Assembly: GCA_965248355.1 (NCBI GenBank)
Contig: OZ252098.1
Location: forward strand, 4,128,001-4,192,000
DNA length: 64,000 nt
Direction: 5' to 3'
Origin: Candidatus Latescibacterota bacterium
GTDB lineage: Bacteria > Latescibacterota > UBA2968 > UBA8231
In this document: positions 31,560 through 42,846 of the stretch, piece by piece
Layout of the letters: the number at the start of each line of letters is the position of its first letter
How positions within the stretch are numbered: the stretch's first letter is position 1
Translations under genes and position numbers: made by a program
Notes under the pieces: generated by a model
What the model was told of the DNA's origin: nothing
The model's input: the letters and a program-made list of their open reading frames with translations, nothing else
Database searches by the model: none

Positions 31560-32938
31560 ACTCCGCAGCCGCAGCCCTCGCCATCCTTCCGGTCGCCCTG
31601 GCCGCCACGGGAGCCTTCGGCGGCGTCGGTGACAACTCGCCCCGGGCCCTGGCCCTCGGGCGCTCGTACACGGCCCTGGCCCGGGGGCCGGAGGCCGCGT
31701 TCTGGAACCCGGCCAACCTGGGCTTGAGGAGCAGCCCCCGCTTCAAGTGGGAGATGCTGGCCGCCGGCATCGGCCTGGTGGCCGAGAACAACGCCTTCTC
31801 GGTGAAGGCCTACAACGACCACTTCACCGACGACGAGCACATCCTCACCGACAGGGACAAGCAGGACCTGCTCGGCGAGGTGCCGGGGAGCGGTCTGAGG
31901 TTCAACCTGGACCTCATGCCTTCGGTCATCGCCGGCCTCCCCCTCAACGGCGGCGCCGCCTTCCCCATGCCCTGGGGCATCCACGGCGCCGTCACCACCG
32001 GCTTCGCCGTCGGCGCGGAGGGCGAGCTGCCGAAGGACATGTTCCACCTGATGTTCTACGGCAACGAGTTCGATCGTCCCTACGACATCTCCGACTGGGA
32101 CGGCTCCGGATGGGCCGTGGCGAGCCTGAACCTGTCGGGCGCCAGGCCGTGGCTTCCGCCGGAGCTGCAGCCCTTCCTGGGGGAGCTCTCCTTCGGCCTG
32201 ACCCTCAAGCTCCTCGGGGGCGGCTACGGTGAGATCGTGGAGACCGGGGGCGTTCTCGAGGTCCTTCCCGTGGGTGCCGAGCTGGACGACCTGCAGGGAC
32301 TGGCGCAGTTCGGGGGCGGCATCGGATTCGGCATCGACCTCGGCGTCGCCGCCGTCACCCGGGATCGCCGGACGACCTTCGGCCTCGGTGTGCTGAACCT
32401 GCTCGACGCCATAAGCTGGAGCATCTCGGCGGAGCAGGACTCGTTCTACGCCTCCGCCAGGGGCCTCCGGGTGACCCGTCTCCTCGACGTGGAGAACCTC
32501 TGGGACATCCTCGACAAGGCCGACCTGAACGGGGACGGCGTCGAGGAGCTGGTGGAGAGGGTCGGCACGGAGGGTTTCTGGCGCTCCCTGCCGGCCCAGG
32601 TGCGCGTTGGTGTGGCCCATCGGCGGACCTCGCAGTTGACCCTGCTCGGGAACTACGACCAGGCCCTGACCGAAGGGTTCGGGATGACGACGGCGCCCAG
32701 GGTCTCCCTCGGAGCCGAGTACCGGCTGGTCCGCTGGTTGCCGGCGCGGTCGGGTATCTCCCTGGGTGGGCGCAGCCCCAGCACCGGGGTCGGTTTCTCC
32801 TTCGGGCCATTCACCATCCGGCGCACGGAGCTGGAGCTCTTCGACTTCGCCTACGCCACCCGGGGTGGCCTGGTGCCCGGCTCTTCCAAGGGCTCGGCCC
32901 TGTCCCTCACGTTCTTCCGGTTCAGCCTCATTTCCTGA
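31556..32938 (+). CDS. Outer-membrane beta-barrel protein (DUF5723/FadL/TraF-like)
   Basis: Signal peptide, RALALG...WNPANL motif, GFGIDLG, SLGAEYR. Confidence 0.65.
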   Translation: MNSAAAALAILPVALAATGAFGGVGDNSPRALALGRSYTALARGPEAAFWNPANLGLRSSPRFKWEMLAAGIGLVAENNAFSVKAYNDHFTDDEHILTDRDKQDLLGEVPGSGLRFNLDLMPSVIAGLPLNGGAAFPMPWGIHGAVTTGFAVGAEGELPKDMFHLMFYGNEFDRPYDISDWDGSGWAVASLNLSGARPWLPPELQPFLGELSFGLTLKLLGGGYGEIVETGGVLEVLPVGAELDDLQGLAQFGGGIGFGIDLGVAAVTRDRRTTFGLGVLNLLDAISWSISAEQDSFYASARGLRVTRLLDVENLWDILDKADLNGDGVEELVERVGTEGFWRSLPAQVRVGVAHRRTSQLTLLGNYDQALTEGFGMTTAPRVSLGAEYRLVRWLPARSGISLGGRSPSTGVGFSFGPFTIRRTELELFDFAYATRGGLVPGSSKGSALSLTFFRFSLIS

Positions 32939-33036
32939 AGTCGCCGGCGCGTTGCCGGCCCGGTGAGCGTCCGCTACCTTGGGCCAAGGGCGCCGGAGCG
33001 CGTACCGGCCGGCCCCCGCGGAGCCAGGAGGATCGG

Positions 33037-33882
33037 ATGGGCAAGACCAGGAAGCAGGACCAGGGCGGCGGCAACGCCGTCGAGGGGGGCATCTACAAGA
33101 AGAGCGGCCGGTTGAAGGCCGGGTTCTACGAGCGCGAGCTGCTGCGGCTGCAGAACGAGCTCGTCAACCTTCAGTACTGGATCAAGGACCGCGACCTTCG
33201 GGTGGTGCTCCTCTTCGAAGGACGCGGGGGGGCCGGCAAGGGAGGGGCGATCCAGCGCATCACCGAGCCTCTCAACCCCCGGGGTTGCCGCGTCGTGGCC
33301 CTGGCCAAGCCCTCGGACCGCGAGCGCACCCAGTGGTACTTCCAGCGCTACATCTCCCACCTGCCGTCGGCGGGCGAGATCGTGATCTTCGACCGCAGTT
33401 GGTACAACCGGTCCGGCGTGGAGAAGGTCATGGGGTTCTGCACCGACAAGCAGTACCGCGAGTTCCTGCGCTCCTGCCCCGAGTTCGAGCGCATGCTCGT
33501 GCGCGACGGCATCACCCTGCTCAAGTACTGGTTCTCCGTGAGCTCCGAGGAGCAGGAGAAGCGCTTTCAGGCGCGCGCCACCGATCCCACGAAGCGTTGG
33601 AAGCTGAGCGACATCGACCTGGCCGAGCGCGACCGGTGGGTCGACTTTTCCCGGGCCAAGGACGAGACCTTCTTCTACACCGATATGGAGGAGGCGCCCT
33701 GGAGGGTGGTGCTCTCGGACGACAAGAAAAAGGCGCGGCTGAACTGCATCCGAGACATACTGAAAGCCATGCCCCACAAGGACATTACGCCACCCGACGT
33801 GGCCCTGCCGCCGCGGGCCGATCCGGAGCCGTACAAGCGTCCGCCGCGCGAGGAGCAGCACTTCGTGCCGGAGGAATACTGA
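33037..33882 (+). CDS. ppk2: Polyphosphate kinase 2 (class I-like)
   Basis: FEGR..AGKGG, QWYFQRY, FDRSWYNR, KRWKLS, DDKKKARLNCI. Confidence 0.93.
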   Translation: MGKTRKQDQGGGNAVEGGIYKKSGRLKAGFYERELLRLQNELVNLQYWIKDRDLRVVLLFEGRGGAGKGGAIQRITEPLNPRGCRVVALAKPSDRERTQWYFQRYISHLPSAGEIVIFDRSWYNRSGVEKVMGFCTDKQYREFLRSCPEFERMLVRDGITLLKYWFSVSSEEQEKRFQARATDPTKRWKLSDIDLAERDRWVDFSRAKDETFFYTDMEEAPWRVVLSDDKKKARLNCIRDILKAMPHKDITPPDVALPPRADPEPYKRPPREEQHFVPEEY

Positions 33883-34096
33883 CCGCCTCACCCCACGCTG
33901 GCAGGTCCCCTTGAACCCGCTGCCCCCACCCTGACCAAGCCGGGGCGCTCCGTCCTCGGTAGCTCGGCCACCTGGGCGAAGACAGCCCAAGCGGGACTCC
34001 GTTGGCTCACCACGGCCGAAGTGAGCCTGATCGGCACTACTCCAGTCCGATTTCCCCGGCAAACGTGCCGATCAGGCAGATTCTTGCCCGGGGTAC

Positions 34097-34115
34097 GCCT
34101 TTTGCGGCAAAAGGC
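34097..34115. promoter_or_regulatory. Perfect 8-bp palindrome upstream of clpB (possible operator)
   Basis: GCCTTTTG-CGG-CAAAAGGC. Confidence 0.3.
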
Positions 34116-34159
34116 GGGCAGGTAATGGAGCGACCCCGGTGACAGGTTGAAGCCAGGCC

Positions 34160-36131
<1,972 letters not shown>

Positions 36132-36136
36132 GCACC

Positions 36137-37573
36137 GTGAACAGAGCGATCTCGACGGCCGTTACGGCCGCCGTCTTGTGGTCCGCGCAGGCGTCCCCCG
36201 GGTCCGCGGCCGGGACCGAGGAGCTGCAGCGCCTCTCCAAGGCCTTCTCCGAGCTGGCCGAAGCCGTGAAGCCGGCGGTGGTGGCGGTGAAGACCGAAAA
36301 GGAGGTCCGCATGGAGTACGGGTCCCGCCGGGGCTCGCCCTTCGAGGACTTCTTCCGCGGCCACCCCTTCTTCCAGCAGCCCGAGGGGGGCCTGCAGAAG
36401 GGACTCGGGTCCGGGGTCATCGTCTCCGCCGACGGCCACATCCTCACCAACAACCACGTGATCACGAGCGGGCGGCGCCCCGGGGACTCCCCGGCCGACC
36501 GCATCCTGGTGGAACTGTCCGACGGGCGCACCTTCGAACCCCGTATCGTCGGCCGGGATCCGGGCACGGATCTGGCCGTGCTGAAGATCGAAGCGGAGGA
36601 GGACCTGCCCTTCCTCGTCTTCGGGGACTCGGACCAGCTCGACGTGGGCGAGTGGGTGGTGGCCGTTGGCAACCCCTTCGGTCAGCTCCACACGGTGACT
36701 TCCGGGATCGTCAGCGCCCTCGGCCGCAGCGCCCGGATGTCCCAGTACGAGGACTACATCCAGACCGACGCGGCGATCAACCCGGGCAACTCCGGCGGGG
36801 CCCTGATCGACCTGGGCGGCGAGCTGGTGGGCATCAACACGGCCATCGCCTCGCGCTCCGGCGGCTACCAGGGGATCGGTTTCGCCATCCCCGTGAACCT
36901 GGCCCGCAAGATCATGGGCCAGCTCGTCGAGCACGGGCAGGTCCGCCGCGGGATGCTCGGCATCTACATGGACGAGATCGACTCGGACATGTCGGCCACT
37001 CTCGACCTGGATGCGCCCAAGGGCGTGCTCGTGGCCGAAGTCATGGAGGACACGCCCGCCGAGGAAGCGGGTCTGAAGACCTACGACGTGATTCTGGCCG
37101 TCGACGACACCCGCACCGACGGTCCGGCGGCGCTGAGGAACTACATCGCCCACCAGCCGCCCGGCACCGAGGTCGAGCTCACCGTGCTGCGCGATGGCCG
37201 CGAACGCAAGGTCACGGCCGAGCTCGCCCCGCTCGACGAGGAGCTGCTCGCCGCGGCCCCGGAGCCTCCGGAGGAAGGGAAGCTGGGCATGGCCGTGAAG
37301 GACCTCACCCCGGAGTTCGCCGCACGTCTCGGGTTGGAGGAGGAAGAGGAGAGCGGGGTGCTCATCTCCGAGGTGCAGCGGGGCTCGCCGGCGGCCCGGG
37401 CCGGTCTGCGTCCGGGAGACCTGATCATCGAGATCGACCGGGAGCCGGTGGACGGCGTGCGCGAGTACCAGGAGGCCATCGCAAAGGCCGACGGCCGCGC
37501 CCTGCTGCTCATCCGCAGGAACATCCGCGGGCGCCTGCAGAGCGACATCGTCGCCCTGAGGATTCCCGACTAG
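36137..37573 (+). CDS. degP: DegP/HtrA (Do family) serine protease with two PDZ domains
   Basis: GSGVI, LTNNHV, DLAVL, QTDAAINPGNSGG; GAGGTG RBS before GTG. Confidence 0.92.
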   Translation: MNRAISTAVTAAVLWSAQASPGSAAGTEELQRLSKAFSELAEAVKPAVVAVKTEKEVRMEYGSRRGSPFEDFFRGHPFFQQPEGGLQKGLGSGVIVSADGHILTNNHVITSGRRPGDSPADRILVELSDGRTFEPRIVGRDPGTDLAVLKIEAEEDLPFLVFGDSDQLDVGEWVVAVGNPFGQLHTVTSGIVSALGRSARMSQYEDYIQTDAAINPGNSGGALIDLGGELVGINTAIASRSGGYQGIGFAIPVNLARKIMGQLVEHGQVRRGMLGIYMDEIDSDMSATLDLDAPKGVLVAEVMEDTPAEEAGLKTYDVILAVDDTRTDGPAALRNYIAHQPPGTEVELTVLRDGRERKVTAELAPLDEELLAAAPEPPEEGKLGMAVKDLTPEFAARLGLEEEEESGVLISEVQRGSPAARAGLRPGDLIIEIDREPVDGVREYQEAIAKADGRALLLIRRNIRGRLQSDIVALRIPD

Positions 37574-37634
37574 ACGCTTCCCGGAGCGCGGACGGCCGCT
37601 TGACGGCGGCGACGGCAATCCCGTTCTACCGTCC

Positions 37635-39767
37635 GTGAGTCATCGACCCATCCGACATGGTCCAGGCTGCGGTGCGCTCCTGCTCCGCCGCAGCCTGGTC
37701 CTCGAGGGACCCTGCCGCGGCGGACGGCTGCGGGTGGCCGCCAACGCACCCGTGCAGCTCTACGTGGACGGCCTGCGGGTCGGCGGCGCCCCCGGCGGGG
37801 CGATCGCCGAGCGCCCTCTGTGGCAGCCCCTCGTTCTGCAGGGCGTTCTGGAGGCGGGTCACCACGAGTTGCTCGCCGTCGTGGGAGCGTCCCCCGACCG
37901 CCGGCCCTCCTGGTTCGCCTGCGACGGCCGCCTGGAGGCCGGCGCCGGAGGTTTCGACCACCCGGTCGTATCGGACCTCCGCTGGCAGGCGTTCCCCCTG
38001 CCCCCGGCCGCCGCGTACCCGCGAGCCTCCGAGCGCTACTCGGCCGCGGAGGATCGTCCTCTCGAGGAAGAAGACTGGGAGGGAGTCGAGACGGCCCCGG
38101 GGATCGAGGTCGTCGACGAGGCCCCGCAGACCGAGGAACGGCTGGTGGCCGCGCGCCGGTTCGCGGCCTTCGAGGAGACCCGCCCCGGTGGCGATCTCTC
38201 CTTCGCTCCCGAGTCCGTAGGGCCCGGGCGCAGCAAGTGCGTGCACCGGGACGGATTGCTCGCCCTGTCGGGGGCGACCTCGGTGCTCACCGGCCAGGAG
38301 CGGGGCATCTCCTTCGTCCTCGACTTCGGACGCGTCGTCACCGGCTATCCCTGCCTGCGCCTGCGGGAGGGGTGGGGCGGCGTGATCGAGGCCGGCGCGG
38401 CGGCCGCCTGGGGCCGCGTCGACCACGAGTTGCGCTACGTCTGCGGCTCCGGCCGGCAGGATTGGTACGGGTTGTCCCCGGTGCGTTGCCGCTATCTCGT
38501 CGTGCGCCTGAGCCGTTTCGAGGAAGAGGTCCGGATCGAGCGCCTGGCCATGGCCGAGCGTTTCGTGCCGGCCGGCGGCGAAGCCGGGCTTTCGGCCGGC
38601 GCTGGCCACGACCTGGCCTGGGAGGCGGGCCTCCCCTCCCTCCAGGGCAGCCGGCTCGACGCCTATCTCACCCATCCGCCGCCATCGACCTGCGACTGGT
38701 GGGGCACGCGGGCCCTGTTGCTGGCCGACGCCGTGCGAACCGGCCACCTGGCCGCCGGCCGGGCTACGCTGGTGGGGCGGGCCCCCGACCCGGGCCGCCC
38801 GGGGCCGGAGGACCGCCCCTTCCCGGTCTGTCTCGAGGCCTATCACGACTACTCGGGGGACGCGGACACCCTGGGGCGGCTGCTGCCGGCGGCCTTGGAG
38901 GTGGCTCTGCGGGAGTCCGATGCCGACGCCGTCTCCTTGGCCACGGCCGCAGGGGCCGCAGAGGCCACGGCCCGTCTGTGCCGGTGGGCGGGTCGGGACT
39001 CGGACGCCGAGCGCTGCCATGCGGCCGAGGCGGCCGCCCGGGAAGGTCTGGAGCCGCTGTGGCGGCCGGAACAGGGCCTCTACGCCGACGCCGCCGGGGG
39101 CGGCTGCAGCCAGCGCGCGAACGGTCTGATCCTGGCGGCGGGCGCCGCCCCCGGAGTCCGTGTCGGGCCGATGGCCGCGGGCCTGCGCGGCCACGGGGTG
39201 GCGCCGGTGGCCGATCTGACGGAGGCGGTCCTGCTGGCCGAGGGGCTCTGGCGCTCCGGGCAGGGTGCGCGTGCCCTGGAGGCGATCGACACCTGGTGGC
39301 TGCGGATCGTGGGACGGGATGGTCCTGCCTGGCGCGACAAGCGGGGGCCCGAGGCGTCGGCGGCCGCCCCCGGTCCCGACTACCTGCTGGGCCGGTTCCT
39401 CCTCGGTATCTCACCGTCGGAGCCGGGCTTCGCGAGCCGAAGGGTGGAGCCCGCCCTGTCCCTGGCCGACAGCGCCCGGGGCCGTCTGCCGACGCCGGGG
39501 GGAGATCTGTCCCTCGAGTGGCGCACCGCCGAGGTGGACGGCGTGGTGCGCACGACGGTGCGGCTCGCGGCGGCGGCCCCCGGGGAGACGGCCCTGGTCC
39601 TGGATCGCGGGGGACGCCGCCGGCCGACGCTGAGCGTCAACGGCGAGGAGGTCTGGCGCAACGAGAAGATCCACCTGAACGCGAGCGTCCGGGAGATCGC
39701 CGCCGAGCCCGGGGCGGTGGTCCTCATCTTCCATGGACAGGGCGACTGGGAGGTGATTCTGGAATGA
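37635..39767 (+). CDS. Alpha-L-rhamnosidase (GH78)-like protein, divergent
   Basis: LYVDG, VLDFGR.VTG, RYL, C-terminal LGI.P.EPGF...A.G..PTP.G. Confidence 0.55.
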   Translation: MSHRPIRHGPGCGALLLRRSLVLEGPCRGGRLRVAANAPVQLYVDGLRVGGAPGGAIAERPLWQPLVLQGVLEAGHHELLAVVGASPDRRPSWFACDGRLEAGAGGFDHPVVSDLRWQAFPLPPAAAYPRASERYSAAEDRPLEEEDWEGVETAPGIEVVDEAPQTEERLVAARRFAAFEETRPGGDLSFAPESVGPGRSKCVHRDGLLALSGATSVLTGQERGISFVLDFGRVVTGYPCLRLREGWGGVIEAGAAAAWGRVDHELRYVCGSGRQDWYGLSPVRCRYLVVRLSRFEEEVRIERLAMAERFVPAGGEAGLSAGAGHDLAWEAGLPSLQGSRLDAYLTHPPPSTCDWWGTRALLLADAVRTGHLAAGRATLVGRAPDPGRPGPEDRPFPVCLEAYHDYSGDADTLGRLLPAALEVALRESDADAVSLATAAGAAEATARLCRWAGRDSDAERCHAAEAAAREGLEPLWRPEQGLYADAAGGGCSQRANGLILAAGAAPGVRVGPMAAGLRGHGVAPVADLTEAVLLAEGLWRSGQGARALEAIDTWWLRIVGRDGPAWRDKRGPEASAAAPGPDYLLGRFLLGISPSEPGFASRRVEPALSLADSARGRLPTPGGDLSLEWRTAEVDGVVRTTVRLAAAAPGETALVLDRGGRRRPTLSVNGEEVWRNEKIHLNASVREIAAEPGAVVLIFHGQGDWEVILE

Positions 39768-40444
39768 GTGAGCCGGCCCCCCTGCACACGGCCGTGAGGG
39801 AACCGCGGATGGCCGGATCCGGTGCGCCGCCGCTGCTGGTGATGCTCCACGGGTACGGCAGTGACGAGGCCGATCTGCTCGGTCTGACCGACTTTCTCGA
39901 TCCCCGGCTGCGCGTCCTCAGCTTTCGCGCCCCGATTCCCCTGGACATGGGCGGCTACGCCTGGTTTCCCCTCGAGATCACCGCGGTGGGCCTGGCCGCC
40001 GACTACGAGGCGGCCGAACGCTCCCTGGCCCGGCTGGGACGGCACCTCGACGCTGTGCAGGGCGAGCAAGGCGAGGGCGCCGGGGACACCTTCGTGCTCG
40101 GCTTCAGCCAGGGCGGCGCCATGGCCCTCGAGCTGCTGCTGGCGCGGCCCTCGACGGTCTCCGGAGTCGCCTTTCTCAGCGGCCTCTGGTCGAAGAAGCG
40201 GATGCCGCAGGATCCGGCGAGGAGGGCCGCGGTGAAGGGCAGGCCCGTGTTGCAGACCCATGGCGCCGGCGACCCGCTGATCCCCCTCGCCGAGGCGCGT
40301 GCGTCGCGGGCCCTGCTCGAGGAGCTCGAGGTCGACCTCACCTACCGCGAGTACGACATGGGCCACCAGATCGACAAAGCCTGCCTGCGCGACCTGATCG
40401 CCTGGGTCGGAGATCGGGTAGAAGCCTCCGCTTCCGGCGCCTAG
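39764..40444 (+). CDS. Phospholipase/carboxylesterase (alpha/beta hydrolase)
   Basis: LHGYG, GFSQG nucleophile, HG..DP, MGH. Confidence 0.9.
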   Translation: MSEPAPLHTAVREPRMAGSGAPPLLVMLHGYGSDEADLLGLTDFLDPRLRVLSFRAPIPLDMGGYAWFPLEITAVGLAADYEAAERSLARLGRHLDAVQGEQGEGAGDTFVLGFSQGGAMALELLLARPSTVSGVAFLSGLWSKKRMPQDPARRAAVKGRPVLQTHGAGDPLIPLAEARASRALLEELEVDLTYREYDMGHQIDKACLRDLIAWVGDRVEASASGA

Positions 40445-40456
40445 TCCCTTCCTGGC

Positions 40457-41506
40457 TCAGCCGCCGTCGTCGTTCGCCCAGCCCGAGGCCTCGGCGCGCA
40501 CGATCTCCGCCATGGCGTCGAGCCAGCGCGGGTGGTCGTTCAGGCACGGAGCCAGGTGCAGGGACCGCCCGCCCGCCTCCCGGAAGATCTCCCTTCCCTC
40601 GTTGCCGATCTCGTCGAGCGTCTCCAGACAGTCGGCGGTGAATCCGGGGCAGGCGGCCAGCAGGCGGCCGGCCCCCCGCGCGGGCAGCTCGCCGAGGAGG
40701 TCCTCGGTGTACGGCTGCAGCCACTCCTCCTTGCCGAAGCGCGACTGGAAGCCCAGCGCCCACTGCTCCGGAGCCAGTCCGAGGCTCGCGGCCAGCAGGC
40801 GCGCCGTCTCCCCGCAATGGTCCCGGTAGGGATCGCCCTCCTCCACGTAGCGCAGGGGGATGCCGTGGAAGGTGATCAGGTAGCGGTCGGGCGGGGTGTC
40901 GAGCTGCGCCGCCTGCTCCTCGAGGATCGCCCGCAGGCTGTCGATGTAGGCCGGGTGGTCGTAGTACGGAGGCACGAAGCGCAGCGTGGGCATGCGGCGC
41001 CTGCGGTCGAAGAACCAGGTGCAGCGGCGGCCGAAGGCGGCGCGGGTCACGGCGTCGTAGATCGAGCCGGTGGTGGAGCAGGAGAACTGGGGGAACATGG
41101 GCAGGACGAGGATGCGCTCGATGCCCTCGCCGGTGAGGGCGGCCATGGCCGACTCGAGACTGGGCTCGCCGTAGCGCATGCCCAGGACGACGCGGTAGGC
41201 CGGGCCCAGCCTCTCCCGCAGGCCGCGCTCCTGGGCCCGCGAGTGGACCATCAGCGGCGAGCCCCGGTCGGTCCAGATGCGGCGGTAGAGGCGGGCCGAG
41301 CGCGCCGGCCGCCGGGTGAGGACGAAGAGATGGAGGATGGGCCACCACTTCCAGGGGCTCAGGTCGATGACCCGGCGGTCGCCGAGGAACTGGCGCAGGT
41401 AGGGTCTCAGGGCCCGCGCCTCGGGGGCGGCGGGCGTGCCCAGCTGGGCCATCAGCACGCCCACCGGGGGGGTCGGCGCGGAGGCTGGCGCGGGGGGCTC
41501 CGTCAT
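40457..41506 (-). CDS. hemH: Ferrochelatase
   Basis: LGTP, YL.QFL.D.RV, MRYGEP, FHGIP, FQSRFG.EEWLQP, DCLETLDEI. Confidence 0.95.
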   Translation of the reverse strand: MTEPPAPASAPTPPVGVLMAQLGTPAAPEARALRPYLRQFLGDRRVIDLSPWKWWPILHLFVLTRRPARSARLYRRIWTDRGSPLMVHSRAQERGLRERLGPAYRVVLGMRYGEPSLESAMAALTGEGIERILVLPMFPQFSCSTTGSIYDAVTRAAFGRRCTWFFDRRRRMPTLRFVPPYYDHPAYIDSLRAILEEQAAQLDTPPDRYLITFHGIPLRYVEEGDPYRDHCGETARLLAASLGLAPEQWALGFQSRFGKEEWLQPYTEDLLGELPARGAGRLLAACPGFTADCLETLDEIGNEGREIFREAGGRSLHLAPCLNDHPRWLDAMAEIVRAEASGWANDDGG

Positions 41507-41590
41507 TCTCGTGTGGTGGCCGGCCGTGGAGGGGCTGACTAATATACCGCCGCATCGTCGCGGCGGTTGCAATCAGCGAAAGGACACCGG

Positions 41591-42310
41591 ATGCGTTGCG
41601 TCTTCGTCGGCATCGAGTACGCCGGCAAGTCGACCCTGATCGACCTGCTCATCGAATACTATCGCCATCGCAGTCAGCGCGTCCACGTGGACGACCACTT
41701 CACCATTCCCGACTCCACTCTCAGTCCCGAGTCGCGGGCCCTGTACGTCGACTTCCCCGACGACGTCAAGGAGCGCATGCAGCGCATGCAGCTCCAGTAC
41801 CACGTGGAGGTCATCAAGAACTACGACCACGTGATGATCAGCGGCTGGCACATGGAGGAGTCCATCTACTCGGCCTTCTACGGGGAAGATCCCGGGCACC
41901 CGTACTACCCTCGCTACGCCCGGAGTCATCACCGGCTCTACGAGGTCCAGGTGCTGGAGGCGCGGCTGCCCGACCTGGCCCTGATCCACGTGACCGCCTC
42001 GGACGAGGCCATCCGCGAGCGCATGGAGTCGGACCCGCACGAGTACCAGATCATCCGGCCGCCGGACGTGGCCGAGTTGAAGGCGAGGTTCACGGAAGAG
42101 GTGGCCGACTCCCTGTTCACCCACAAGCACCGGCTCATCGAGCTGGACACCACGGACCGGAGCCCCGCCGAGTCCCTCGACGAGCTGCTGCTCGAGTCGG
42201 AGCCGCTGATCACCCAGGGCGAGCTGGCCTTGAGGAGCCTGCCGGTCCCGGAGAGCGAGTACGACGTGGTCTACGAGAACGGCGTGCGGCGCACGGTGCC
42301 CAGGACCTGA
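41591..42310 (+). CDS. P-loop nucleotide-kinase-like hypothetical protein
   Basis: GIEYAGKST Walker A near the N-terminus; AAGGA RBS; NMP-kinase-like size and lid. Confidence 0.6.
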   Translation: MRCVFVGIEYAGKSTLIDLLIEYYRHRSQRVHVDDHFTIPDSTLSPESRALYVDFPDDVKERMQRMQLQYHVEVIKNYDHVMISGWHMEESIYSAFYGEDPGHPYYPRYARSHHRLYEVQVLEARLPDLALIHVTASDEAIRERMESDPHEYQIIRPPDVAELKARFTEEVADSLFTHKHRLIELDTTDRSPAESLDELLLESEPLITQGELALRSLPVPESEYDVVYENGVRRTVPRT

Positions 42311-42381
42311 ACGGAGTGCCCGGCCGGCTACCGTTCCCGGCGGCCGGACCGTTCCTCAAACCCCTCCCTCGGGCAGAACCC

Positions 42382-42846
42382 ATGTGCGGACCCCGGTCTT
42401 CGGCGGGCATCTCCCGGCGGCTGGTCAACGCCCTCCTGGGCGCGGGCCTCGCGGGGGTGGTGAGCGGCTTCGCCGGAGCCGTCCTGGCCTACCTGTGGCC
42501 GTCCGGCCGCGCCGGCGGCGGCACTGACCTCCTCGTCGATGCCTCGGGTCCGGTCGATCCCGCCGGGATCGGACCCGGCGAGAGCGTCGTCGGCCGCTGC
42601 CGCGCCGGCAAGGTGCTGGTGATCCGCGGGGAGGAAGAGCTCGTCGGCCTCAGCGCCACCTGCACCCACCTCGGCTGCACGGTGATCTGGAACGCCGCCT
42701 CGCGGCAGGTCGAGTGTCCCTGTCACGGCGCCGCCTTCGACCTGCGAGGGCAGGTGCTGGGCGGGCCCGCCCGCGCGCCCCTGGCCGTCATGGAGGTGAC
42801 CGTCGAGCAGGGAGCGATCCAGGTGCGGCCCACGGCCGGGGGCTGA
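42382..42846 (+). CDS. Rieske 2Fe-2S subunit
   Basis: Tat-like SRRLVN plus TM helix, CTHLGC and CPCHG. Confidence 0.92.
   Translation: MCGPRSSAGISRRLVNALLGAGLAGVVSGFAGAVLAYLWPSGRAGGGTDLLVDASGPVDPAGIGPGESVVGRCRAGKVLVIRGEEELVGLSATCTHLGCTVIWNAASRQVECPCHGAAFDLRGQVLGGPARAPLAVMEVTVEQGAIQVRPTAGG

Noticed and set aside
33895..33960. 6S RNA
   Set aside because: Only one strand-like motif is present; no complementary GGTTCAAGGG partner to form the long duplex
34025..34077. CIRCE element upstream of clpB
   Set aside because: Sequence and 27-nt spacing do not match TTAGCACTC-N9-GAGTGCTAA
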